The notes below the pieces were generated by a model that worked only from the letters and a program-made list of their open reading frames with translations, did not search any database and had not been told where the DNA came from. The position numbers and the translations under genes are program-made. 64,000 bases of DNA from Camelus ferus (taxonomy: Eukaryota), in the NCBI RefSeq assembly GCF_009834535.1, contig NC_045697.1, forward strand, positions 89,034,001-89,098,000. Reading direction: 5' to 3'. Numbering within the stretch: the first letter of the stretch is position 1; the number at the start of each line of letters is the position of its first letter. Below, one piece after another: positions 38,881 to 51,619 of the stretch.

Positions 38881-39859
38881 TAAGTATCTGTAATTTTAAA
38901 GATTAATTTTGTGTTAATTAAAGACTCAGGAGTAATTCTTTTCCAATTCTTCATTTCTGTTTCTTCATTATTAAGCAGATGCAAAAGGATTTTAATTCTG
39001 TAATTACCATAGCAACAAACAGAGATTGATTGAACAACATATTTTTTTAAAAACCTAATTTGAACAAGCTTATAACTTGAACATACTTGCTTACAAAATA
39101 ATAAATTCTTAGAATAACCCTGTGAATGATTCACTTGGAGATCTGTAATATATATTTTTAAAGTTGAATATTTTGCCAAGAGCAGACACATGCAAAAATA
39201 TGTTCTCTCCTTGATATGCATTCTTCAGAGTCCAGCAGAAGTCAGGAATAGGGCTCCTGTTAACATGGCTCAAAGGAGCGAATTGCCCTAAGGGGCAGAC
39301 AACCAACTCCAGCTAAGGAGTTTTGGGCTATGTTCCAGAGAGTTCATTAAAAAAGCAAAGGGGATAAAAGTTCCCTAAAGATCACACACTAGCTCTGCCT
39401 TAAAACTGTGATTTTAATTCGGGGGTGCTGAAACTGTGTCAAATAGCCTATAGCAAGATATGTACTATGTGCTGCAAAATGATGCAAAATAAATACTCAC
39501 TGTGTTTTGAGAACTAACTCATTAGTAGGGGAAATACTATACTATACACACCCTAAGGATATTTGAGCGTTCACATAGGCACATAAATGTTGATGTGAAG
39601 TGTCATTCATGGATGTTAGTAGCTGCATATTTTTTCATTAACATAACTATCCAATTTCTATTAAGTTGACTAAGGGCTTGATTAGATCTGTTGGTTTAGG
39701 GAAACACCTGGATAAAACTAATGATCAAAATGGCCTTAATTTAATTTTGAATAATACTTGCCCATTCAAAATATTTTCACTTTCTCGTTTGAAAAACAAA
39801 CCCCTGTAAAGTAGGTGATAGTGGTATTAGCGTCATGTCACAGGTAGGAAAATTAAGGT

Positions 39860-40190
39860 TATCCAGGTTGAATTCCTCAGGATTCTGACATGGAGATTTA
39901 TGTGCGTGGCGTTTATTAGAAAGTGTACATGGGATCATTATCTGAGGAAGAGAGGAGAAAAGGAGGCAAGACAGGCAGAGGGAGAAGTGGAGTGGACATG
40001 CAGGCCTAATGAAGGCCTCAGGGGACAGCATGGAAGGTTGTGGATCTGGCATAAGCCTTCAGAGGTCAGCTTGATTTCTAATGAGGGTGACAGCAGAGAA
40101 CAGCTGTGTGGTAGCCTCTTCCTAGGAACTAGGGAACACATACTTCATTCTGGAAGGATCATCTTCCAGGGATCACGGAGTCACACAGGT
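39860..40190 (-). mobile_element. LTR16-family (ERVL) LTR
   Basis: ctgacatggagatttatgtgcgtggcgtttattagaaagtg...ggcagagggagaagtggag...gaaggcctcag...ccttcagagg. Confidence 0.7.
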
Positions 40191-42224
40191 AAAAAGTGCT
40201 TGTACCGAAGTGTAAACTGGATTTTACAATTAGAAATTCTTTTCCTGTCTTACTTGTCCCTCTATATTAACATTTTGTAAATTGTTCTGTCATTTTGTAC
40301 CAATTTACAGGACTTCACTCGCCTTTCATTGGTTCGATTAGAATTGAGTTTTAAAAGAGCATTCAGCCATAAGCAAAGAAGTTTGCTCACATTACAAAAA
40401 TGAAGCGGCATTAGCAAGACATTTGCATAATGCTTATTTTCTGAGCGGATGCACATGTTGAAATATCTAAAAATAAGTACTGAATGCATATATTTAACTG
40501 TACCTACATATAAAAAGAACAAGCATATACGAAAACTGAAGACAATGATATTTTGATTGGAAGCAGCTCTAATATCAACAGGGATCTGAAGTTTATAGAA
40601 AGGAGAATGTCGACCTGACCTATGACTTGCCTATTAACATATTCCATCTCTGGCCTCTAAGTAGTCATTAAATCATGAACCATATAATTATTCTCTAACC
40701 TGGAGTAATAGAAGGATAACACAAAGTGTTCAAGGGCAATTAGCAATTCATTTTCTAAAAGAATATATATGAAGTCTTAAGTTTTGTGCTACAAGTTCAA
40801 CATTTCTATGTGAAAATAAAGTTGGCTGTTTGCTTATAAAGTATTTAATCCTTGGGATTGTTCTGAATTCAGGAATTATTAGGATAAAATAAATTATTCC
40901 AGTGATATGGAATTATGAATTAAAATGACTAAATAAAATGATGTTCTACAAAATTATCTGTCAAGTAGAAAGGATGTCTGCACTCTTCTCAATGAATCTC
41001 ACAGTGCTCATGGTTCATTGGAATATATTCAGGTGATACTTGCAAATCATTTCAACATCTGTTATCTGGCCTGTGACAGTGGCTATTGATTGCCAGCTTC
41101 TCAAATATCACCAGAAGAACCTCTTGATGACTTCACTGCTTACCATAGTAAGACAGACTATGACAGCAACAGAACTAGGGCAGTGTCTTGGAGGGAGTAA
41201 GGCAAAGGCACATTTTTTTTTTTTTCAGAATTTAAAGTGTGGTCGCAGGTGTGTCACCCAAATGTGGAAACTTGATTAAGATTGAGTATGTATTATGATA
41301 CAGTAGTTTAAGATTGGTGGCAAGAGAAAGGTGAGAATTTGGAGGCAAGGGGTTCAAGTAGTCTTTGGGCATAAAACACCAGTGAATGCTCTTTACTGAA
41401 TAAGAGATCATGGGGTTTGGGAGAGGCTCTAAAAATGAACAGTCAAGTTGTCTGCCTGGGCAACAGTCTCCTGAAAGTATAGTAAAGTCTTATTAATGTA
41501 GGCAGAAAGGTGTGTTTGGGGGAAGGTGATTTCTTTCTCACTGTCAAGAGACTGCCTTCTGGTGGTAAAACGGCAGCACAGGATCTTCGCTCCTTGGTGA
41601 TAAGCAGTGGGACTTTGGGTGAGTTCCTTAATTTCCTATCATTTTTCTTTTCTGTGCTTATACCTACATCATAAATTTGTTATGAGGATTAAATAGACAA
41701 TATTACAGACAATTTGAACTGCACCTGACAAATAATAAATAGGGTGTTACTGTTTCCCTCTCTCTTTGCCACACACTTGTACAACATGCACAATTTCACA
41801 AGTATCTGCCTCTTTCAGGCAAGGGCTAGGGGGCTAAGAATAAAAGGTAAATTTTATTTGAGGTATATTACATTCAAACATTCATTTCACTGACTACTTG
41901 TGTGTGTGGGTATATATATGTATACACATATTAATGAAGATATTCTTTATGGCTCAGTTAACTGGTTAAAAGTAAAATGTCATAGAAACAGATTGTCGAA
42001 AAGAAGAAAATATTTGAAAGTATTTAAGTTTCTATTTAAGACATGTCAAAAATCATACCATCAGATAAGACTGTCATAAAATAATAACTCTTCATGTGAT
42101 TGCCTACACTTTTCATACTTTCATGTAAAAAATATGGCAATAAAATATCATTATGATTATCAGAATAACCGAGGATCAAGTTACAACAGAGCCAGAAAGC
42201 AAGGTCCATACCATCCAGCTTGTT

Positions 42225-42800
42225 TATTCCTTTACTCTTCCATAAAATATTTACTGAGTCCCTAATCTGGGTCGAATGAGGGTAACATGACAAGCCAAAC
42301 CAGACAGTGTCCCTGTCTTGATGGAGCTTAGGCCTACTGGGAGATGAAATGTAAGTTAAATCATCACACAAGTAAACCACGATAGTGATTGCTGTGAAGA
42401 GACAGGTGACCCAGGAGGGTTTCCAGGAGGAAATGTCATTGGACCAAGATCTGAAGGATGAAGGGCGTCTACTAGGTTAATAGGGTTGAGGGTTCAGGGA
42501 TGAGGGTTCCACAACAGAACCTGCCGTGGTGGGAGGACACACAATCAGTGGTCTGAAGGGAGGCCAGTGTGAGGCTGCAGCACAGAGACAGGGAGGGTGT
42601 CAAACGAAATCAAGCTGTGCAAACTGGAGTGGTCTGACTGCAGAGAGCCCTGAAGTCTGTCTGGAATCTATGACTCCTCTTAAGGGTTTTGACCTTATCT
42701 AAAACTCACTAGAGGATTTTAAGTAGGGTTGGGGGAAGAGGGTGAGGAAGAAGAACCCATATGATACCTAATTGAGGTTTAGGGTAAACGTTGAGAAGTT
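42225..42800 (-). mobile_element. L2 LINE 3' remnant
   Basis: aaatatttactgagtccct...gtccctgtcttgatggagctta...ggttccaggagg-like block...gatctgaaggatga. Confidence 0.75.
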
Positions 42801-43969
42801 ACTGTTTGGAAAAGTAATTGGAATAAATAACAAAGCTTCAAAAGGGTAGCTATTTCTTCTTCTGTGACGTTTCCCTTTTTTATGTCAGTAGGTAACTTAT
42901 TGCTGCTTTATGATCAGTATGCTTATGATTTGGGCTTTAGAATTGAATAACTGAAGAGATATGTATATATATATAAAATACCACACCAGTGTCCATTTAC
43001 AGAACAGTCATTTGCTGTAACGGAACTTCAATTTAATCTCCATTGTCAACCATAAGTAAAAAATATAGAGTGATAAAAACCAAGTAAGTAAAAGAAAATT
43101 GCTTTTGTAAGAATCTAGGAATTAGCATCAGAACCAGTGGGTTAATAGCTATAAAATGGGTTTCAGTGTTGTCCCTTCTTGAATTGATGAAAGGATCCTG
43201 ATGTTGCTAGAGTAATTTTTACAATCATACACCCCTCCTTGCAAATTGGCCACTTTCGTGTTATTTAATCCAACTTTTATTCATCATACTATATAAGGGG
43301 GGAAATTAATATTTTCATCTGAACTTTGATTTTTATGTACATCCCCAGTGACGCAGCAGGAGGAGAATCAGCTCAGAATCTTTTGTCAACTATGAGAATG
43401 CACACACATGTACTCCAAAGCTTAAATTTACAGTAAGGATGAGACACTGGAAAATGAACTTCATATGGATGCACTGAGAAATCAGTAGGGGCTGCAGCAC
43501 AGGTGTACATTATTCATTTAAGTTTAGGGGGAAATCTACAAATAGAAGATAATAATTTAGAAAAGAAAAAAAGCATTATTCTGGGAAGTAGGAAAACAAC
43601 AGACGTTCAGATAGCTAGTTTGCTACTGTTTACTTCTGGAAGTACAAAGTCTGGCATTTGTCAATAATTCAGTTATCATACAGTTAATTTTTGAATCTTG
43701 GCCATTTTGTCTTGAGACGACCTGTTGATACTGTTTTCTTCATTAAGAATCATTTAAAAGTCACATTTTACAAGCAATTGTGTTCTCAGACTAACTCAGT
43801 AGATACATTGTTTACAGTCTTGAAGGAAATATCTGCATCACAATGCTGAACAAAGTCATGTCACTGGCATATAACTGTATTTAAAAATTTTTTATCTTTG
43901 TCACAAAATAAAATAATTCACAGAAGAAAATAGTAAGATAATTTTCAAGTTAAAACTTTGATTTTGACA

Positions 43970-44038
43970 TAACTGAATCTATATATGAATAAAATCTTCA
44001 GGTGATTCATGCACACATGAAAAGTTAGGAAGCACTGA
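43970..44038. mobile_element. MER5A fragment (hAT-Charlie)
   Basis: caggtgattcatgcacacatgaaaagttaggaagcactg terminal motif. Confidence 0.55.
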
Positions 44039-45206
44039 TGTATGATTAATAAAAGAAAAGATAATGCGGATGGTAGCAAATTTAAAATTTCTTTGGCAAT
44101 GGCAAAATATTTATTACAAATTACTCAGTGGCAGGTTTAATAGTCCTGACATCTAGGAGTTAACATAATATATTTTTTAATCTAAAAATAAATATTTGCA
44201 GGGATAAATGAATGAACAAACATAAAGGAGGTTGGTACCAGATAAATAGCAGAGAAAATAAAGTGGGGAGAAATGACCTCCCTCTTTGCCTAGCACATTT
44301 GCCCACGCCCGACCCGAATCTCCATGGTCAGACTCTCTGCTCCATTTCTCCTAAAACATAAGTTGCTAGTCTCTCTCCTTTCTCTACTCAAGACCTATAT
44401 GTGCATCTGAGTCCTGATGTTTTGGCAGCAGAAAGCCCCATTTTAGCCTTCCCTACTAGGATTAGTAAAGGAAGCTGTGTTAGCCACTGCTTTCTTGTTG
44501 GTCCCTTGATCATTCCTAATTGAAAGTGAAACTTTGCATATATTAAGAGTGACTTCAGATGGAAGTGGAAGCACTATCTAGACAGCAGGGATCTGCAGGC
44601 CAAGCTGCCTTGGGGAATTTCTTCCCCACGATTATGCAGAACCAGTCCATATTACAGCTTTCTGTCACCTTGCAAGTTGTTATCTATTAAACTGGGATGG
44701 AGGTTGGGCATCCCTTGATAAGCCACACTCATTTTGTCACAGATGAGTTCAAATCTCTCAGCTCACATGCAGAAGTTACCCAATTTTTGACACAAGGGAA
44801 AATAGAGCAATACTCTCTGGAGCAGATGTCATAGTGAGTGTCATAGACGCCAAGAGCCCTCGAGGGCTATGGAAATTTGTAATGGAAAGAAGTGTTTCTG
44901 TGTTAAATAATGTACCACTGTGAGATAAGTGGAGCTTTCTGAACTATAATTCTTTGACTTTTCCATGGCACATCAATGCTAAAATCTCATGGTAATGATA
45001 AAGGGACTTCTGGTGCTGGTACTGGAATAATGAAGTCAATCAGGGTGGTCAGTCACACAGCTCTGCAGGTCCTCTTGCCAGCGAGCGGGGTCACTACCAT
45101 GAGTTCCACGTCACTAGAGAGTAAAGACTGTGAAGACTTAGTGAAGTAGCACAATTTATCTCAATTGCTTTCAAGTCCGTTAATATGTTTGCTTCAAATA
45201 TACTGA

Positions 45207-47060
45207 TTTTGTTTTTGAGTAACAATTGACACACTAAATTTTGTTATTTACATCATGTTAGATTCTAGACAAAGTGAAGACAATGAGAATGAGGACAAGC
45301 CATGTAAATTCTTATCAAGAATCACTATATTACAAAGCTTCTAGTAGTTTAATATGTTAAAATGCTAACTACATTTAGAAAGTAAGAAATACGTTTGGAT
45401 TTTTGCAGATCAACACAACGTCCTTTTAAAAAATGGTGATGTGATCATGCACTTAATTCTGACAGTAATTCACAAAACACAAAATCATACTTTTTCGCAC
45501 CCTCTTCTATAATCTGGGTTGGAGATTGCAGTAATAGAGAAGTATAAAAAATAATGTTCAGTACTCAAAAACAAATATCTTTTCTAATTTCAATGCATCA
45601 AAGATACAAAAATTTAACTCAGAAAAGTCTATTATTGCCCTGAGCAGGTAAATAAAGCAGAATTTTATAACACTTTTATGATCAAAATCAGCTAATGTTT
45701 ACTAAGAAACATATACTTAGGTATAGGTGAAATGATTCTGGAAGTATTCATTTGATACAATTATTAAGCCTACATAAAAATTAAATCATTTTCGGTGACA
45801 TTCCATGTTCAGATTACGTCAGGAAACTGCACTTGAAATGTACATAGGTCAATCTAGTTGCGTCTCTCACAGTCAAGGCTAAGGCAGTTCTCTGCAAAGG
45901 GCTCTGCTTTCCCCCTCTCCTTCTCTTTTTAGTGCTATTACAGGCACATGACACAGATGCAGCCTGACTGCTTGGACATTACTATCTGGTTCCCTGGTTG
46001 CCGGTAAGTCTGGGAAGAATTTATAGCTGGTATAAAGAGTACTTTTTTAAATATATTGCATCTCTACTCTGTATTAAACCACTAAGATATTAATAGGTGA
46101 ATAAGCCATTCCATTTGGGGTCAGTAATAACAGATTTTTAAGGACTAACTCTGCATTAGAAGAGCTCATAAAATTTTCATTGAAGTAATAGTACATCCTT
46201 CACCTGCATTCAGTCAATCTGCCTGAGGTGCAAATATGGTCCTGATGGTTCATTGTAGATGTGGAAAAAAAGCCAATTCATATAAATATCCTCAAGGTGA
46301 TCAATATAGGATAATAAAAGGTTGTTGAAAAGACTCACAGTATTCCTCCTTTGGACAGACTGCCAAAGGTCAAAGTGGAAACAAAAATGGAGAAGACTAG
46401 GGACAATTAAGTTGAGTTTGCCAAACATTTAGGCTAGTAACTGTTTTGACAAATTTTAAAGCCACCAATTTCAATGACTTCATGCCTCTAACCCATCCTT
46501 CTACATGCACTGAAGAATTGAAGTTTAAACTGAAAAATGGCGTGCCCTTAAAAAAGGGAAACAGTTGAGGCAAGAGTTTCTATGAATTCATACTTTATAT
46601 ATGTGCACAAACGTGTATCTTATTCTTTATAAAAGATACCCCTCAGTGTAGTTCAAAAGGCCTTTATCAAAGAACAAATTGATTCTACTATAAACACCAG
46701 AGGTCATATCATCTGCATGAGAAACAAATATGCATATATTTATGTAGTGTCAACCTTATCAACAAAAACACAGCTATTAACACTGGGCTAAATAATAGGC
46801 TTTGCTGGTAGGAGATGTAAGCAGAATATAGCTTATAAAATAAAAATAACACACACACCACTGGGTCTTATATTCACAAGAAAAGAGTTGTTCGGCACGG
46901 CAAAGTATGATAAAGAGCTCAAATTTCAGAATAGGGAGAAATATCCAAATGTCATAAAACCCCTGAGGTTCAAATTTAATCACTGGATCAATTTTAGAAA
47001 AACAGACTCACAGAACGAACAATGCTGCCATGGTTTCTCTGAACACATCCACTCAAACAT
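45207..47060 (-). pseudogene. NUP58: Probable 3'UTR portion of the NUP58 retrocopy
   Basis: Contiguous with the stop codon and free of recognisable repeats. 46560-47060 resembles the NUP58 3'UTR as I recall it. The distal end is inferred only from a degenerate aataac signal about 30 nt before an aaaaacaaaa run (minus strand, 45207-45248). Confidence 0.5.
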
Positions 47061-47753
47061 TTATCATTTTTCTTGTTTTACTTCCAGTTGGAGGTTTCTT
47101 CAACTGAAGAGCTGCCCTCTTGTTCCAAAACCTGCGGAGACAGGGTTGGACTCCCTGGATGTCCCACCTGTGGGTACTGTGATGCTAGAGTTGCTGAAGT
47201 TAAATGTAGGTGGATTTGAGCTGCCAAGGCTTGCTCTAAGATTACTGAATGTTCATTTTTCCAAATTCAAATGTGACCTTGGTGGTGCTGCTTCTTAAAG
47301 GAGAACTGGTTCCAAAACTTTGAGTCTGAAGACCTTAGCTACTGTCTTGCAAGTCAGTGCCAATACCTGCATTGCATCTTCTCTAACCTCAGCTTACGTA
47401 AAAGGGTGAAGCCTTAACCTTGTTGGCAGCCTTGCTGTTCTCAGTGCTGGGGTGCTGTCTGTGCTGCCTTATTCGCCTGTTGCTGAGAAGGACGGGTCTG
47501 GTGGTAACTCTGAGTGTATTCTGCCACGCCTTCACTTCTGCTGGCTTGACTTCACACATCTCTACAGCATCTCCCAAACTTTTTCTGTATTGAAGGTATT
47601 GTTCTTTGAGCACATTTAGATTTTAACAGTAAACTAAAGTTGCACAGTCAAAGCTGCAAATTCTGATTAGTTTTGGAAAGCCCCTGACAAATCTTGAGGA
47701 GAGATACATGAATTATTAGCTTGGGTGGCAAGATGGTTTTCTAATTCTTCAAT
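47061..47753 (-). pseudogene. NUP58: NUP58 (NUPL1) processed pseudogene, 5'-truncated, coding-derived part (C-terminal about 230 codons)
   Basis: Minus strand translates in shifting frames to IEELENHLATQANNSCISPQDLS, LKEQYLQYRKSLGDAVEMCEVKPAEVKAWQNTLRVTTRP, FNFSNSSIT, SNPVSAGFGTRGQL and QLKKPPTGSK, ending at TAA. This matches the recalled NUP58 C-terminus (IEELENHLATQANNSHITPQDLS...QLLQLKKPPAGNKRGKR). No introns; internal stops (e.g. 47667-47669) and frameshifts. Confidence 0.92.
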
Positions 47754-47888
47754 CACAAAAAGAAGATACAAAAATCATTCCAAATCCTTCCAGACTGGAA
47801 TAAACATTGTTAGCTATGAGTGAACATAGCTTCAGATATTTCTCTATGTGTGTATACATATATATAGAAAAATGAAAAGATAGAAACC

Positions 47889-47889
<1 letters not shown>

Positions 47890-47934
<45 letters not shown>
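47890..47934. repeat. (TG)n microsatellite
   Basis: Directly visible. Confidence 0.96.
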
Positions 47935-47937
<3 letters not shown>

Positions 47938-49260
47938 CTATTGTAGGTTTTTACTTTGTGGTTATCATGAGGTTCATAAATAAATAAATGCATGCATGAC
48001 CGAATGAATGATTGTTTTAAGTTGATCTCTTAAGGATGAATGCATTGTAACAATTCTGCTTTTTTATTTCCCTCCCTTGTTTAATGTTTCTGACATGATG
48101 TTTTATACCCCTTTGTTTTCTGTATCCCTTAATAACTACATGTTGTGGGTACAGATAATTTTACTACTTTCATCTTTTAATCTTTCTACTAGCTTTAGAA
48201 GTGGTTGATCTACTACTGTTAATGTATGTTTGCCTTTACCATTAAGATTTTTCCTTTTGTAATTTTCATATTTCTAGTTTTCGTCTTATCTTTTCTGCTT
48301 AAAATCTCTCTAACATTTCTTGTAAAGCCGGTTTAGTTGGGGTGAGCTCTTTTAACTTTTGTTTTCCCTTGCTGCTTTTAAGATTTTCTATCTTTAATTT
48401 TTGCCATTTAAATATGTGTCTTGGTGTGAGTTCATTTTGTTTGGAACGCTCTGTGCTTCCTGAACTTGGATGTCTGCTTCCTTCCCCGGGTTATTTCAGC
48501 TATTGTTTCTACAAATAAGATTTTCGTCAAATAAGCTCTCTGCCCCTTTCTCTCTGTTTTCCTGGGACACCTATAATATGAATGCTAGTATGTTTGATGT
48601 TTTAATCAGAGGTCTCTTAAACTATTCTCATTCTTTTTTAACAATCTTTTTTTTCTGACCAGCTTGGGTGATTGTCTCTACTCTTTCTTCCAATTTGATG
48701 ACCCGTTCCTCTGAATCATGTAATCTACTGTTGATTCCTTCTGGTGTATTCATTATTTCAGTTATTGTAGTCTTCAGCTCTGTTTGGTTCTTCTTTATAT
48801 TTTCTAACTCTTAGTTAAATGTCTCACTGTGATCATCCATCTTTCTCCCAAGTTCATTGAGCCTCTTTATGATCATTAGTCTTCTCATTTTGCCTAATGC
48901 TCTGTTTTTATTTCTATGTATTTGGTAGGTTGGTTATTTTTATTTCCTGACCTTGGAGAAGTGGCCTTTTGTGGGAGACATTCTGCGGGGCCCAGCAGTA
49001 CACTTTACTCTGCTCACCAGAGCTGTATGCTCTCTGGTTGCTCTCTATGTGGGCTTCATGGACACTTCTGCTCTGTAGGAGCCAACTAATGTGGGTGTGC
49101 TGGTAGGTGGGGCTGGCCCCTGGCCAGGTTAACTGCCAGACAATGCCTCTTGTGGTGGCAGCCGACTGCTGATGGGCAGGGCCAGGTCCTGATGTGACTG
49201 GCTATGAAGTCCAGGGGGGCTTAGGGCTGGTGCCAACTCATTGCTGGGTGGGGTACACAA
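47935..49260 (-). mobile_element. Old L1 5' region (distal 5'UTR, ORF1 with deletions, inter-ORF)
   Basis: Minus strand has a GC-richer 5'UTR, then ggcaaaatgagaagac (ORF1 start) and coiled-coil-like IIKRLNELGRKMDDHSETFN*ELENIKKNQ. Confidence 0.8.
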
Positions 49261-49726
49261 AATGTTTGGAGGAAAGTTTTCTTGATGTTGTGTAATTTTC
49301 TTTCCTTGTTTCTTCTATAATTCTAGTTTAGAGTAAGAAGATATATATATATTTTTTTGATGTCTCAGTGTTACCAGACATAAAGTTCACTTCTCAGTCA
49401 TTGTTAACTATAAACATCACTGTTGTTTATTGTCTACTTTTTAATTCCTCTTCCTATTCTTCAACATAATTTATTTTAATGAGTGGCTCTAGCACTTGCT
49501 AATGTAGTTTTATATACAAGTATTAGTATCTATTTTCTATCAGGCTCCCTGTTCATTTAATTACGTAAGCATTTAAGTAATTAGAACAAAGTTAACATTA
49601 CTCATCTATAAAACATCAATGAGCTAGTTTTTTTACTAAAAAATTAAAATTTCACTTGACAGATTGATAAACCATAAAAGAATTTTAATATTTTCCAAAC
49701 AAGGGCTTTGCAAAGTTTTTGTGATA

Positions 49727-50075
49727 GAGGGATCAAATATGGTGGTGTAGGAAGACACTGAACTCATCTTCACCCACAGACACACAGAATCTACACTTGT
49801 ATATACAGCAATTCCTACTAAGAAAGAACTGAGAGCTGATTGAACAGCTTCTGCATGACAAACCACTGAGGGATCACAGACACATGGGTAGCAGAGATGG
49901 AGATACAGAAGCAATGAGAACACCATCCCCAACCTAGCAACCTGCAGTAGGGAGAAGAATCACTGAGGGGCCCATGGGCAGACTCACCCACCCTGGGCAC
50001 AGTGAGAAAGCAGCAGCTTAAAGGGTACTCAGACTATATTAATGGTACTCAGATCAATTTATTAATCCTTGATCA
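49727..50075 (+). mobile_element. L1 extreme 5' end (promoter region)
   Basis: gagggatcaaatatggtggtgtaggaagacactgaactcatcttcacccaca is a decayed YY1-site (caagatggcg) 5' terminus typical of L1MA/L1M3-type elements. Confidence 0.7.
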
Positions 50076-50079
50076 TCTG

Positions 50080-50320
50080 CCAGATAGGTAGGAACACAAG
50101 ATGTGAGGCAAAAAGACATAACAATATTTTGTGAAACTGTTTTAAGTAGAGAAAGCAGCAAGTGCAAAGGCCCTAAGATGAGAATGTGTTTTATGTGTTT
50201 GAGAGCAGGAAAAAAAAAGAAAAGTTTTATGGCTAGGGGAACAAGGGTAGAGTAGCAAGAGATGATATTGTGGAGGCAGCAAGGCTCCAAATCATACGGG
50301 GCCTGGTAGGCCTTTGATCA
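50080..50320 (-). mobile_element. L2 remnant
   Basis: agcagcaagtgcaaaggccctaagatgagaatgtg...ggggcctggtaggcc. Confidence 0.7.
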
Positions 50321-51619
50321 GTTTTCTGGCTCTGTTGTTTGGTGACCCACTTGGTGTCATCATCCTCTATTGGCAGGCCTTCTCCTCCATGGAACTGAAT
50401 TGATTGCAGAAATTCAAATGACCCATCTGTATGTCATACTATTCTGAAGGGAGAATTTTTCTTCCAAATACTATCAAATTAAAATCATAAAATTTCCTGT
50501 GTTAGAACCAATTAGATTATATTTCTATATCTGAGCTGGTCATGAGGGACAGGAGAATGTCTGACACTGAGAGTTTCTGAGTGCCCTAACCATGCCATAG
50601 CAGAGGCCTCAATACTCACAGTGTGTCTTAAAAATCCCTTTTATTGCATCAACCATCTATTAAAATACTCACAGCCGCTAGAAAACAATGTCTAACCTAC
50701 TAATCTACTTGCCATCCTGATTTTAAAAGCCATTTGGTTAATTAGAGATTTGTTATACCTGCCCAGTGAGTATGATATATTCATTTTCACACCAATGTTT
50801 TTGTTTGTATTTTCCATCATTTGGAGCATCCCTTCCTCTGTAACTTGGACTGTCTAAATTCTCATCATCCTCTGCGGCAAGCACAAGCCTTACCTCCTTA
50901 ATAAAACCATTCACGAATACTCAACACTCATTGCTCTCTACATTTATCAATCACCACATCGTATAGAACACAATCAACATGATGGTCTTATAACTGATTA
51001 TAATCTATATAATATAGGTTTTTTTTAATTCACTAATTGCATTGTATATGTCTTTCAATTAGATTTTGGGAGCCAAAACTGAGAGGAGAGAACATGATAA
51101 ATACTAGCTTTGTGTTCATTCATAGAGAATCTTTTCTGAGAACATGTCTTTGAATAAGTATGAGTAATTGATAAAACAGCATATATTTGTTCTATTGATA
51201 ATTAATTTATAGTATTATATAAACATTGATTTTGATTAATTGGCACATTACTAGAGTATCCTGTGATTACTGCTATAGACAATTTACCATCATCAAGCTA
51301 GCATACAAATAATCACTAGGTCACAAAAGAATACTTACAACATTTAAGTAAAAAACCCATAGAAGAAAATGGATAAATTAAAGACATCATCATCAACTTA
51401 CTAGCTTATCTTAATTACACTTTTTGAATTCTAGTTTACTTATTGCCAGAAAGAAAAGAAGAAAAATAAGAATGAGAAAGCAAAAAAAAAAAAAAAAAAA
51501 AATGAGAAAAGAGAGCAGAGAAAGAGAGAAGAAAAAGAGACTTGAAAACTACTATTTCAAAGTGTCCAATATTCAAAACATCTGGTTTTGAATCTGATAT
51601 ATCTGATATAGCTATTGCA

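Noticed and set aside
46888..47298. 136-aa plus-strand ORF
   Set aside because: It is an antisense shadow of the NUP58 pseudogene, starts at a non-ATG codon and has no recognisable homology.
47389..47613. Functional NUP58 exon or retrogene
   Set aside because: No splice boundaries, homology drifts out of frame, and in-frame stops flank it.
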